DNA of 63,391 nt, the filler included, from Octopus bimaculoides (Eukaryota): the NCBI RefSeq assembly GCF_001194135.2. It is 6 parts of 6 records of this genome, joined end to end, with 100 filler letters (N's around TTAATTAATTAA, not from the genome) between each part and the next. Parts side by side here need not be neighbours in the genome. Positions count along the whole stretch, not along the records: positions 34,336 to 54,488 come from NC_068986.1; 5 more parts are not named here. One strand, given 5' to 3'. Shown one piece after another: positions 38,104 through 50,454 of this stretch. Position 1 is the first letter of the stretch. Each line of letters opens with the position of its first letter. The notes beneath the pieces were generated by a model that ran no database searches, was not told the origin of the DNA, and saw only the letters and a program-made list of their open reading frames with translations. The position numbers and the translations under genes are program-made.

Positions 38104-39591
38104 TCTTCTGTTGTATTAGTTTTTGTATTGTGTGCCGTTTGTGCAGTATAGCTTGTGTTCGAACTTCTATGGCACATGTGGGGTTTGTTAATTTTATTCG
38201 ATATTTACTGTATGAGTTTATTCCTATATGCTTTTGGGGGAGTGTTGCATAGTAGTGTCTGTAAATCATAAATCAAACTATTTCGTCGTATTTATAGTTA
38301 TCTACCCATCTTTCTTGTTTTGGTTTTGATATGGGTCCGTCTTTACAGCATTTATTTTTTGACAGAACACCACCCATAGACATGTTCTATTTATTCTTTT
38401 ACTTGTTTCAGTCATTTGACTGCGGCCATGCTGGAGCACCACCTTTAGTCGATCAAATCGACCCCAGGACTTATTCTTTGTAAGCATAATACTTATTCTG
38501 TCAGTTTATTTTACCGAACCGCTAAGTTACGAGGACGTAAACACAAGGCTATAGTAGCCTTATTTTTTTGTTTTTATGTTAATGTATTTGTATGTGTTTG
38601 GGTAAATTTTTACAAGCGCACCCGCATCGGCAGCTATTTGCGATGACAGAGGGTCCTTTATCGCAAATAGCTGTTACGTGGTGGCAGGCCATGTTAGAAA
38701 TAACAGCCAAATCTTTCCTTTTCTGGGTTCCAGGAGATTTCGAGGTCCCCACTGTCCTCCCCCTTTTCCGAAAAACAAAAGTGGCTTGCGGTGGGTTTGG
38801 AGGTCACATACGTTGAATGCACGCGAAAAATTCGAGGTTTTTCTTTTTTAACTTCCTGTCCTTACTGACAAACTTTCATTACATCCATTGCGAGTGCACC
38901 ACCAGTACAAATTTCCACGAACCATATTGTGACTAGATTTACTACACTTTTTTTTTTTAGGGATAACACCATTTTCTTCAAAATAATATGTAGAAAAACT
39001 TCACGAAAGGCGAAAAAATTATAAAAATACAGAAACTTCACGAAATATATGTAAAATATTACGAAAACTCATGAAAAATACCTAAAATAAAATTCTAATT
39101 GATATAAGCATAGGTAATGTATGTTTTATAAAGTTTTCAAATAAATAACAAAATCGAAGCCTGTACAGAGAGACCGCGTACAGACGAGAAGATTCAGTAC
39201 AACGAGGCAACAGAACATATAAGCTGTCATATGTTGCATTGGTAACTAGCTGCTGATGCCTCGCTGTCTGTTGATTGGCTAAAATTACACAAATTTTCCA
39301 ACATCAGATTCTTTAATTTACGAGATAAAGCAATTGGTTGAGTGCAATCAAAGTTCCGAACTCCATCCATAGCCCAAATTTGAAAGCAATCTGAGCAAAA
39401 TTAAAGAGGACTGATTTTGTGATTCAAACTAACTAGATTCCTGTCCTTCAGCTGAGTGGTAGTAAATTTTGGTGGATGGTTTCGAGCCGCAAGTGCTGCT
39501 TTATCAACAAATGAAAAATAGCAAATAAGCTGTATGGAAATAGAATACCGAAGTAATGAAATAAACACTTACATTTACTTTGGTCCCTATT

Positions 39592-40860
39592 TCAATGAGA
39601 ACCTTGAGCTTCATGAAGTCGAGCTAATTCTTCGACGTCAGGCTTAATCTTTGTAAGGTGTAATCGGAGATCTCCACGCAAAATTACATCAAAACAGTTG
39701 CGAACCTTGCTTTGCAGTCTGGAAACGGCACCAAACCCCATCTCGACGAGGTATGAACTTGGAAATGACAGGGAAAATCTCTTAGCCTCCGTGTGTTGAA
39801 GAGGAAATCTACGCTGAATGTCCTCTTGTATCTGTTTGAAGCTCGATAAATTCTTCCTGAATTTTGATGTCCATGACATCGACCTTAGCAATGAAGGGAT
39901 CAGCAATCCAAATTGGGATATCTATTTGTAGGTCTGCAAAGCATTCTTGCATATTTTCTTGAAATGCCCGAAGGTGTGCGGCATAAATTTGCAATGCTTG
40001 AAAAATTATAAAATCCCCTTCGACAAAGATTCATCTCGAAGAAGTTCAATTTGGCCATGAATGTTGTAACAGCACTCCTAGCTTTATGAAAACTGATCTC
40101 CCCCCCCCCTGTAAAACTAGTATGAGGCTGTTGCATTTGTCAATAATATCGGGAAGGTAGGCACAGTCTTGCCTTACTTCGAGGGTTTTTTCATACAAAT
40201 CTTCATTTCGTCTTTGTATAAACTCAATTATGGAGTCAAAAAGTTCAGAAAAACGAGAAAGACACTTTCCCTTTGGAAGCCATCTCACTTTAGTATGAAG
40301 AAGTAATTGCACGAACTTTCCGTCATTATCCTGACAGAGCTGCCGAAAAATTCGCTCATTGAGGGCATGGCACTTAATAAAATTGATTGCCACCTGCAAA
40401 GACTCGCTGAGCGGTTTGCTGAATTTCTTCGTAGCCAGATGCTATCGATGAATCACACAATGCACAGCAAAAACAGATGGATTTTCTTTCTTCAGAAGAG
40501 AAACGAACCCCTTATGTTGACCGACCATTGTTCTTGTGCCGTCTGTAGCGCAAGAAACAATATTGTCGAGGGGTATCGCTTTTTCTTTGAAGTATGCGCT
40601 GACTGAGTTAAATATTGTAACCCCTTTGGCGTCTGTAGGCAGATTCAAAGCTAAAAGCAGCTCCTCGTGCAGTTCATTTTGGTGGAAAAACCTGACATAT
40701 CCAAGCAGCAGAAACTGGTTTTCACAGAGTGTGCTCTCATCAATTTGTAAAGCAAACTCTGTTAATTTTAAAATGCTACACAACTTTTCTTCCACGTTAT
40801 CCGCCATTTCATCTATTCGATCCTTATTGAGTCATTACTCAAAGGAATGCGTTTAATGGT
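39592..40860 (-). mobile_element. hAT transposase remnant (Charlie/Buster, ZBED5/SCAND3-like family)
   Basis: Translations FALQIDEST..LLLGYVRF, CATDGTRTMVG, VHCVIHR, LLLHTKVRWL and FPSSYLVEMGF (hATC), spread over several frames. Confidence 0.85.
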
Positions 40861-42413
40861 TTGTACGGGGTTCTGATGAAGTACGGTTGAGAGAACCTCA
40901 CTGATGACAGGAACCACCAATGATTCCCCCATGGAATGGGGTTTACCGCACTTTGCGATTATGTTGGCGATGTTGTACGATGCAATAAGTCCGTCAACAT
41001 TAGACGCTTCAACCTTAGAAAATGCGGAAGATAAAAGCGTTGTTTTGTTGAAATAATCTTTTTTAGAGATTTAAAATACTCTAAGTCCTTATTTTTCTTT
41101 TCGGGATACTTCAAATCAAAGTGGGAAACCATCGGGGCCAGTTGCCGAATTTGAGCTCATTTCATTTATGGCAGCTATCACATCTTCCTCTTCAATGTAT
41201 ATGTACATACGTAAACATACGTATACATACATATACAAAAAACACTCATATATATAAATATATACACACTATTAAACACTCACACATACAAATATATATA
41301 TATATATATACATCTATACCCACACATACACATATATGTACATACATATATATAAATATAAATAAATAAATAAATAAATATATATATANNNNNNNNNNNN
41401 NNNNNNNNNNNNNNNNNNNNNNNNNNNNNNNNNNNNNNNNNNNNNNNNNNNNNNNNNNNNNNNNNNNNNNNNNNNNNNNNNNNNNNNNNNNNNNNNNNNN
41501 NNNNNNNNNNNNNNNNNNNNNNNNNNNNNNNNNNNNNNNNNNNNNNNNNNNNNNNNNNNNNNNNNNNNNNNNNNNNNNNNNNNNNNNNNNNNNNNNNNNN
41601 NNNNNNNNNNNNNNNNNNNNNNNNNNNNNNNNNNNNNNNNNNNNNNNNNNNNNNNNNNNNNNNNNNNNNNNNNNNNNNNNNNNNNNNNNNNNNNNNNNNN
41701 NNNNNNNNNNNNNNNNNNNNNNNNNNNNNNNNNNNNNNNNNNNNNNNNNNNNNNNNNNNNNNNNNNNNNNNNNNNNNNNNNNNNNNNNNNNNNNNNNNNN
41801 NNNNNNNNNNNNNNNNNNNNNNNNNNNNNNNNNNNNNNNNNNNNNNNNNNNNNNNNNNNNNNNNNNNNNNNNNNNNNNNNNNNNNNNNNNNNNNNNNNNN
41901 NNNNNNNNNNNNNNNNNNNNNNNNNNNNNNNNNNNNNNNNNNNNNNNNNNNNNNNNNNNNNNNNNNNNNNNNNNNNNNNNNNNNNNNNNNNNNNNNNNNN
42001 NNNNNNNNNNNNNNNNNNNNNNNNNNNNNNNNNNNNNNNNNNNNNNNNNNNNNNNNNNNNNNNNNNNNNNNNNNNNNNNNNNNNNNNNNNNNNNNNNNNN
42101 NNNNNNNNNNNNNNNNNNNNNNNNNNNNNNNNNNNNNNNNNNNNNNNNNNNNNNNNNNNNNNNNNNNNNNNNNNNNNNNNNNNNNNNNNNNNNNNNNNNN
42201 NNNNNNNNNNNNNNNNNNNNNNNNNNNNNNNNNNNNNNNNNNNNNNNNNNTTTGACACGTAATACTGAAATAGTGGATGATATATGAGATTGCTCTGGGC
42301 TCGCATTCGGCAAGAAGTTGAAGAGTTTTTTGGCCCATGAGACTACGTAAACCCTAAGTAAGGCATGTCTAAAATTTGAATGAAATCGGTTGTGTAGTTC
42401 TCGAGTTTTAGGG

Positions 42414-42451
<38 letters not shown>

Positions 42452-42937
42452 TCTCATCTTTATATATATATATAGATTATATATATTCTATCCAGTGATT
42501 TTACGAGGTATGAAAAAGATATTTTGTTTTAATATTATACTTTTACTTGTTTCACACACGTTTTTTAGATGAATTTTGTATCATCCTTTATCTTTCTTTA
42601 TCTCTCCACAGACTTTGTTATCACTAACTTCTATAACCTCTGCATTTTCATTTATTTTTTTCAAACTTGTTTGAATTTTCAATCTAATGTAATCCACACT
42701 CTCTCGAAAACGTATTCCTGCAAAATGATATCTAAAAGTATGAGTAAAGAAACAAACAGCAAAAAATATTTGAAAATGGGGGAAGGGGGTAAAATTCCTG
42801 AGGGTTACACCCCGCCCCGTTTCCTGGTACAAAAAAACAAACGGAGTTTGTGGCATATTATGAGGTCACTGTAATTCATTCAACGGGACAAAATTTCCAA
42901 TGATTCCGGGATATGTGGGGGGGTCCAGTTTCCCAGG

Positions 42938-43530
42938 CTCAAACTGTTATGACATGAGTTGTGCACGTCGAGTGTAGAATAATATTATCCAAATAAATAT
43001 TTAGACATGGTTATCTAGACATGGTTATCTATTCTTTCGCAGAATTAATATTTTCACACAGAAAGCACTCCGTCGACGAAAACTTTTATCGATGATTTGT
43101 CTTAATACTAAGTAAGAAAAATTCCCATTTCTCCACACCGTAATCTCTTATTTTTTCAAAAACACATTTTACATGTTCGACATGCTGATCACGGGATTCA
43201 CTTTTAATTAATGTATCATCCAGGTAGGCCAGTAGGTCGGACAATTCTATCCAGTCAGTTCCAAAAAGGTTGCTTGTATTTTTTAATACATAAGCTTTCT
43301 CTTTTATAGTCTTAACGCGTGTCACTATCTGTGTCTAACTGTGATTTTACCTTTGTACTATTAATTCTTACATACACATATTTCCTTTGAGTTTCGTTTG
43401 TATTACTTGTCACTGATAAACTATTTACATGATTTTTTTCTGTTGAACTGTTTTCTAGGTTTTGTTTTACAGTGTGATTTTTTATGACCTATCGTACCAC
43501 ATTTGACGCATGGGTTAATTTTCTGCTTTT
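42938..43530 (-). mobile_element. Second, more deleted Gypsy-derived copy (gag zinc knuckle, protease, RT end)
   Basis: CVKCGTIGHKKSHC (CX2CX4HX4C), KSQLDTDSD and LFGTDWIELSDL fused directly to LAYLDD. Its 3' tail is shared with ~37825-38103. Confidence 0.75.
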
Positions 43531-45341
43531 CAGGAACTTACTTGAAACTATCAGATATCGAATAATAATAGTGAGAATGATGATGATAACGAACGTTACC
43601 TTACCTTAGTTTTTGAGAGACAAGAGTTTGCGTAGAAACTCTGATTGTAAGAGCGAAAATGAGGTTCGACCTTTAAGGGAAGGCCTCTTGCTCGGCAGTG
43701 GTTCAATAAAGATGCATACTGACCGCAGCTGTTAGCCTAAGACAGCATCAGCAGATAATAGAGTGAGGAAGATGAAGTGGACCACCGAAGAAAACACGAT
43801 AGTGATTCAGTGCTACTTACAAAGTGAACATAAAAGAAGAGGTTTTTAGAAAATGGATGTTAATATGTTGGGTAAAGAAGGGTATGTTTAAAGTGATTGA
43901 GCAGAGACTAGTAGATCAAGCTAATGCTATTAGGAGAAGAAAGTGGATGACAGTATTGGAGGTTGAAGAGATCACAAGAGAACTGAAAAAGACCAGGCAG
44001 TAGGAAAGACAAACAACAACATAAGAGATATACTTCAAACCAAAGAACCTAAAGGAAAAATAATAATGGCACTACCAATAAGGTAGGGAAAACTGGCACC
44101 AACGATTTAAGTGATTTAAGTGAGGAAGATCAAAAGATTGTAGATAAGTTGCAGGAAGTAAAGAGTAAAGAAGTAAGAAAAAAATGCCAACATTGAAGGG
44201 TACCAACAGAATGAAGCTACTAGATATGACTAGGAAAGTAGATTCTGTTATCAATAGGACAGATACTAAAAATATAGGTGATACTGATTTATTGATATAT
44301 GCAGGAGGGGTAGTAGTTACTAGAAGATTAGATATTTCACAACGAAAGATTAGAAAAGAGCAATTGCGGAAAAGGAGACTACAAAATAAAGTGAAGACTT
44401 GAAGACAAGATCTGAGTAGAATAGAAGCCTGGAAATTAAACAAGTTAGGAAACACAAGATTTAAATCTTCTCTTCAGAAAAGATACTTAGTCAAAGAGAA
44501 AGGATTTGGGACAGTCATAGAAAAGTTAAAACATCGTATTATAGCAATAGCAGGTAAGTTTTCCAGATAATTGAAAAGAATATATCAGTATCAACAGAAC
44601 AGATTATTTGAGACAGGCCAGAGGCGATTTTATAACCAAATAAATAGTAGAGAAGAAAGTACTGAAGATGAGAAATTTAATGTAGAAGCTAGAAAGTTCG
44701 AGAGTAATATTTTGGGATAAGCCAGTCAGTCATAATGGAGGTGTAGTATGGTTAAAGAAAGTGAGGGAAGAAATAGTGCATTAGAAGCAGCCAGATCTAA
44801 GACTAAATAGGGCATTAATGAGTAAAGTGTTAAGAAGAATGCCGAATTGGAAGAACACAGGGCCAGATTTATTTCAAGGGTGCTGGTTTAAAGAAATTTG
44901 GTAGTTTACATGGAAGGCTGAGGGAACAACTTCAGGGTTGCCTTAATGGAGAAATAATACCAGACTGGATGACTAGAGGGAGAACAATACTCATTATGAA
45001 AGACAAAAGCAAGGGTAGTACAGCTAGCAATTATAGACCAATCACATGCTTACCATTAGTGTGGAAGCTGTTAATAGGAATGCTTTCAGAAAGCATTTAC
45101 GAGCACCTTGACAACCAGAATTTATAGGCAGAAGAACAGATTGGTTGCAGGAAGAAGGCTAGAGGAACGTATGATTTATTATACATAGACAAAGCAGTTC
45201 TAAATGAAGCAAAATCTAGAAAGAAAAATCTAACAACAGCATAGATAGATTCTAAGAAAGCCTATGACATGATCCCACACTAATGGATAAGTGAATGTTT
45301 GAATATATTCAGGATAACAGACAACATAAGAGAATTAATTA

Positions 45342-46572
45342 TTAGGTTGTTCCGAAAATAATGGCCGCTCTAAGTGTTGCGTTTTGAAACGCAATTTTAT
45401 CATAGTATTTTAATTATATTTTAGGTGAATTTCGACATAGTTAATAATTGATGTATGCTCTTTAATAATTTTCTACTTATTTCAGATAGAAGACATTCTT
45501 GAAGCATAGGCGATCTTAATTACGAACAAGACAAAAAAGGACCTTCGCTTACTTTTCTTGCATTGCTGTCAGTATCAACAGAGTATGGGGAGAGGGGTCT
45601 ACAAGTGATCACACAGTATGAAGGTGGTTTCAGAAATTCCGTAGTGGTAATGAGAGCCTTGAAGAGGAAGAAGTCTTGATAATGAACAACTGAAAGCAAT
45701 TGTTGAACAAAACCCATGTCAAAGCATCAAAGAAATGTCTCAGGCACTTGGTGTCGATATTGCAACGGTCTCACGCAATCTGCAGAAGACTGGTATGGTA
45801 AAAAAGCTCGATAAATGGGTACCGCATGAGTTTAATGAAACTCAAAAAGTTTGGCTCTTTGAAGTGTGCTCGATGCTCTCTCTGCGAAACACCAATGATC
45901 CTTTTCTTGACCGAATAGTCACTTGTGACGAAAAGTGGATCCTTTATGATAACTGTAAATGATCGGGTCAATGGCTTCATAGTGATGAGTCCCCCAAACA
46001 TTTCCCAAAGCCAAAGTTGCATCAGCAAAAGATTATGGTGACTGTCTGGTGGTCTGCAATTGGTGTTGTCCATTATAGCTTTCTGGAAGCCAATCAGAGC
46101 ATTACAGCAGACGTTTACTGCAATCAACTCGCTGAAATGCATGCTCATTTGCAAAAAATGAGACCTGCATTGGTGAATAGGCATGGCCCAATTCTGCTCC
46201 ATGATAATGCAAAGCCACATGCTGTAAGAATGACGCTACAGAAACTCAGACTTGGTATACGAGACTTTACCATATCCTCCATATTCTCCTGATCTTTCAC
46301 CCACTGACTACCATTTTCTTAAGTATTTAAACACGTTTTTAAGTGATAAAACTTTCAGGTCTAAGCCAGAGGTGGAATCAGCTTTCAAAGATTTCTTTGT
46401 GTCAAAGCCAATAAGTTTTAATCAATGAGGCATAAATAAGCTCGTTGATCGATGGCAGAAATGCATAGATGTTCACGGCCCATGCTTTGACTAATCAAAA
46501 CATTTCTATTGTTAATTTTCCCAGAAGAAAATTATGTTTCTGAAATCGGCCGTTATTTTCGGAACAACCTAA
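45342..46572 (+). mobile_element. Full-length decayed mariner (DD34D type) inserted into an R4-type LINE
   Basis: 26-bp TIRs ttaggttgttccgaaaataatggccg / cggccgttattttcggaacaacctaa with one mismatch. TA TSD at 45340-41 and 46573-74. Motifs WVPHEF, RIVTCDEKWILYDN, LLHDNAKPH and SPDLSPTDYHF are present, with stops and frameshifts. Confidence 0.92.
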
Positions 46573-47896
46573 TAGCTTTAGCATGAAGAAATAGAAAGTA
46601 GATCTCTACTCAAGTGACACAGTTAATATCAAGTTAATATCAAGAGAAGAATTTTCCAAGGAAACTCGTTATCTCCTTTAATATTTGTCTTGTGTTTAAT
46701 CCCCCTCAGTTTAGTATTGATTAAGGCGAAGACAGGGTATCACTTCAGAAATAGTAAGGGAAAAATTAACCCTTCGTTCTACAGGGATGATCTGAAAATT
46801 TTTAGTAAGAATGAAAAAGGAGATAGACTCCTTAATACAGAGTATGACTCTTCAGCAAAGATATATGCATGGAATTTGGCATAGATAATTGTGCAATATT
46901 AGTCATGAAAAGGAGACAGGTTGTCAACAATGAAAGCATCCAATTGCCAGATGGCTAGACATTAAAACCATTGGGAAAAAGAGTGAGTTATTAGTATCTA
47001 GGAGGATTAGAATCTGACTATAGAAATGGAAACGAAAATTGAGGAGTACATCAGAAGGGTGAGGAAGCTAATGAATTCAAAGTTATATAGTTCGAATCTA
47101 ATGAAAGTTGTAAATACTTGGGCTGAATCATTACTTAGATACTCAGCAGCTTTTGTAGATTGGAAAAAGCTGAATTAGCAAAGCTGGACAGAAAACTAGG
47201 ACGGAATTCAATATGAATGGAAGACTCTTCCCTAGAGCAGGAGTAGTAAGATTATATTTACCTAGAAAGGAAGGTGGGAGAGGGTTGATATCAGTAGAAG
47301 ACTGCATGGAGTTAGCTAGAGTAGATATAGACTCCTATGTAAGTAATAGTGAAGAAAGTTTAAGATCTGCTAGTGTCACAGCAAAGTATAGGGAAACCAA
47401 AAAGCCAAACGAAGTCTAAAAGACGGAAAAAGAACAAAAGCTATTTGACTGGTAGGAGAGCGCTTTGCACGGTAGATTCCCACAGATAGTTGCAGCAAAT
47501 AGTAGCAGTGAGACATGGTTATGGTTACAGAAAGGAATGTTGAAGGAGGAGGCAGAAAGTTTGTTAGTAGCAGCACAAGTTCAAGTATTAAAGACTAATT
47601 GGATGAAAGCCAAGAGAGACAAAACCAGGTAGATTCCCAATGTAGGTTAGTGAATCAAAAGAGGAAAGTGTTACACATATTAAATGAATGTAGCGTGCTG
47701 GAACAGAAAGAATACAAGAAAAGACACGACAACCTAGAGAGAGTAATCCACTGGGAGTTATGTTGAAAGCTAGGATTTGACCATACTGAAAAGTGAGATG
47801 AACATGAACCAAGTAAAGTACTAGAAAGTAAGAAATATAAGATGTGGGATTTTAACGTTCATACTGACGGAGTAGTAGAAGCTAGAAGGCCTGATT

Positions 47897-47897
<1 letters not shown>

Positions 47898-47947
<50 letters not shown>

Positions 47948-48000
47948 CAGCAGCATCAGCAGCATCAGCAGCAGTAGTAGTAGTAGTAGTAGTAGTAGTA
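47898..48000. repeat. (TAG)n/(CAG)n microsatellite inside the LINE endonuclease domain
   Basis: Direct reading of the sequence. It interrupts RRPDLV..D. Confidence 0.9.
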
Positions 48001-49764
48001 GATAATGAGAATAGAAAGTGCCAATCACAAATGATGAAAAAATCAATATGAGAGGTATAGAATAAATAGAAAAGCACCAGGACCTATCCATTGAATTACA
48101 GAGACTATAAGAAAGGCGGGTAAAATGTATCCCAGTAATTATAGGTGCATTGGAAACTATCCTTAAAGATATGAACAAATGGATAGAGAAAATAGGCATA
48201 AAAGTCATTTTAATACAGCTCCAGAAAACAGTGTTATTAGGGACAGATAGGATACTTAGGAGGGTTCTTGGCATCTAAGTTTTCTTGCTGTAGCCCGATG
48301 TTAAGAATGTTCTTTTCCAACAATCCAATCTGTTGTGTGTATATGAGTAATAATGAAGATGACGATGATGACGGTAAAAATAATAACACACACACGAAAT
48401 ATAAAATATGTGATATATGTTCGCATGTGAAAGCAAGTTGCGATATGTAGAGTTCATCCGTTTCACGGGTCTACTTGAACTAGGGTCTTCCCAGATCTAT
48501 ACTGGACACACACACATGTACGCATTCACGCACACATGCACCTGCACACACGCACATACGCACGCACGCATACACACGTGCGCGCGCATACGTACGCATC
48601 TACGTATTTGTATGACTAGGCCCTTAAACAATCGGTATGTGTAAAAAGTAGAAGACACCTTAACCCTCTATACAATGTTATATATATTTTAAAAAATTAC
48701 AGTCAACTGTAAATTCTGCAGAATTGACCAGCGTGCCAGAGTGTTTGGATTACGGTACACAAATCGCCCTTTCGGCGTCTATAAAATGAAACAGAAATGA
48801 ACTACTGGGGTCGATCGTAACGGCTAATCTGTTGCCTTAAAATTACTGGTCTTGTGCCTAAATCGGAAATGATTTTAGTTCAGTTCCATGTTTACTTCTA
48901 AGTATGTCTCAGACTAAACTTCTAAACACACTTTTAGTTATGGTGAATTGATTTATTTTTATTAGATATTGTAATTAGATTCTAATTCTTTCACTTTTCG
49001 TTTTCTTTTTTATTTTTGAAACAACATTCATTGGCAACGTTTACACAAAAAAGCCATTCATATATNNNNNNNNNNNNNNNNNNNNNNNNNNNNNNNNNNN
49101 NNNNNNNNNNNNNNNNNNNNNNNNNNNNNNNNNNNNNNNNNNNNNNNNNNNNNNNNNNNNNNNNNNNNNNNNNNNNNNNNNNNNNNNNNNNNNNNNNNNN
49201 NNNNNNNNNNNNNNNNNNNNNNNNNNNNNNNNNNNNNNNNNNNNNNNNNNNNNNNNNNNNNNNNNNNNNNNNNNNNNNNNNNNNNNNNNNNNNNNNNNNN
49301 NNNNNNNNNNNNNNNNNNNNNNNNNNNNNNNNNNNNNNNNNNNNNNNNNNNNNNNNNNNNNNNNNNNNNNNNNNNNNNNNNNNNNNNNNNNNNNNNNNNN
49401 NNNNNNNNNNNNNNNNNNNNNNNNNNNNNNNNNNNNNNNNNNNNNNNNNNNNNNNNNNNNNNNNNNNNNNNNNNNNNNNNNNNNNNNNNNNNNNNNNNNN
49501 NNNNNNNNNNNNNNNNNNNNNNNNNNNNNNNNNNNNNNNNNNNNNNNNNNNNNNNNNNNNNNNNNNNNNNNNNNNNNNNNNNNNNNNNNNNNNNNNNNNN
49601 NNNNNNNNNNNNNNNNNNNNNNNNNNNNNNNNNNNNNNNNNNNNNNNNNNNNNNNNNNNNNNNNNNNNNNNNNNNNNNNNNNNNNNNNNNNNNNNNNNNN
49701 NNNNNNNNNNNNNNNNNNNNNNNNNNNNNNNNNNNNNNNNNNNNNNNNNNNNNNNNNNNNNNNN

Positions 49765-49815
<51 letters not shown>

Positions 49816-50454
49816 TAAGAATTTCTATATGAATAAGGATAAGATCGTTATTTAACTAACAATCAAATCAAGTGGCAGCATGGGAAGAAAAGGCCTTATA
49901 GGTTATGATTATTATTAAAATTATAAATAAGGGTATCTAAGAAATACCACTATGCTTGAAATAGCAGTCAAAACCTGACTTTAAAGGCACATCATGTATT
50001 CAGTACAGCACAAGGTGAAAAGACAAATAGATAGATAAACTAGTGAAAATTGGATAATTCCAGACCTTGGGTTTCTGGCTTTGTATAAAAATACTTTGCC
50101 TTCGTCCATGAAATTTACCAAGAATTGTACATAATTATATATATATACACACACAAACATACGAATACTCACGTATACGCAGGCGTATATACATATATAT
50201 GCACATATATACACGACCAGTTCAGTTATCCGTCCAAACACCATGTACTATATGGTTAAAATATCACCACAGTAAATATAATGACGAAGTGACTATATAT
50301 AAATTTCTATGTAAATAAGGATAAGATCGTTATATAACTAACGATCCAATCAAGTGGCAGCATGGGAAGAAAAAACCTTATAGGTTATAATCATTATCAA
50401 AATTATAAGTAAGGCTATCCTATTTACTAATGAAGGTAAATATACTGTCTTGAT

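Larger units (their letters stand above)
43600..48370 (+). mobile_element. Near full-length decayed R4/Dong-like non-LTR retrotransposon (RT plus restriction-like endonuclease)
   Basis: In order: KWTTEENTIVIQCYL, NYRPITCLPLVWKLL, KKAYDMIPH, FQG-SLSPL, DDLKI, RLYLPRKEGGRGLISVED, WDFNVHTD..RRPDL, EKHQDL and PVIIGAL. Many stops. Interrupted by the mariner at 45342-46572. Confidence 0.85.
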
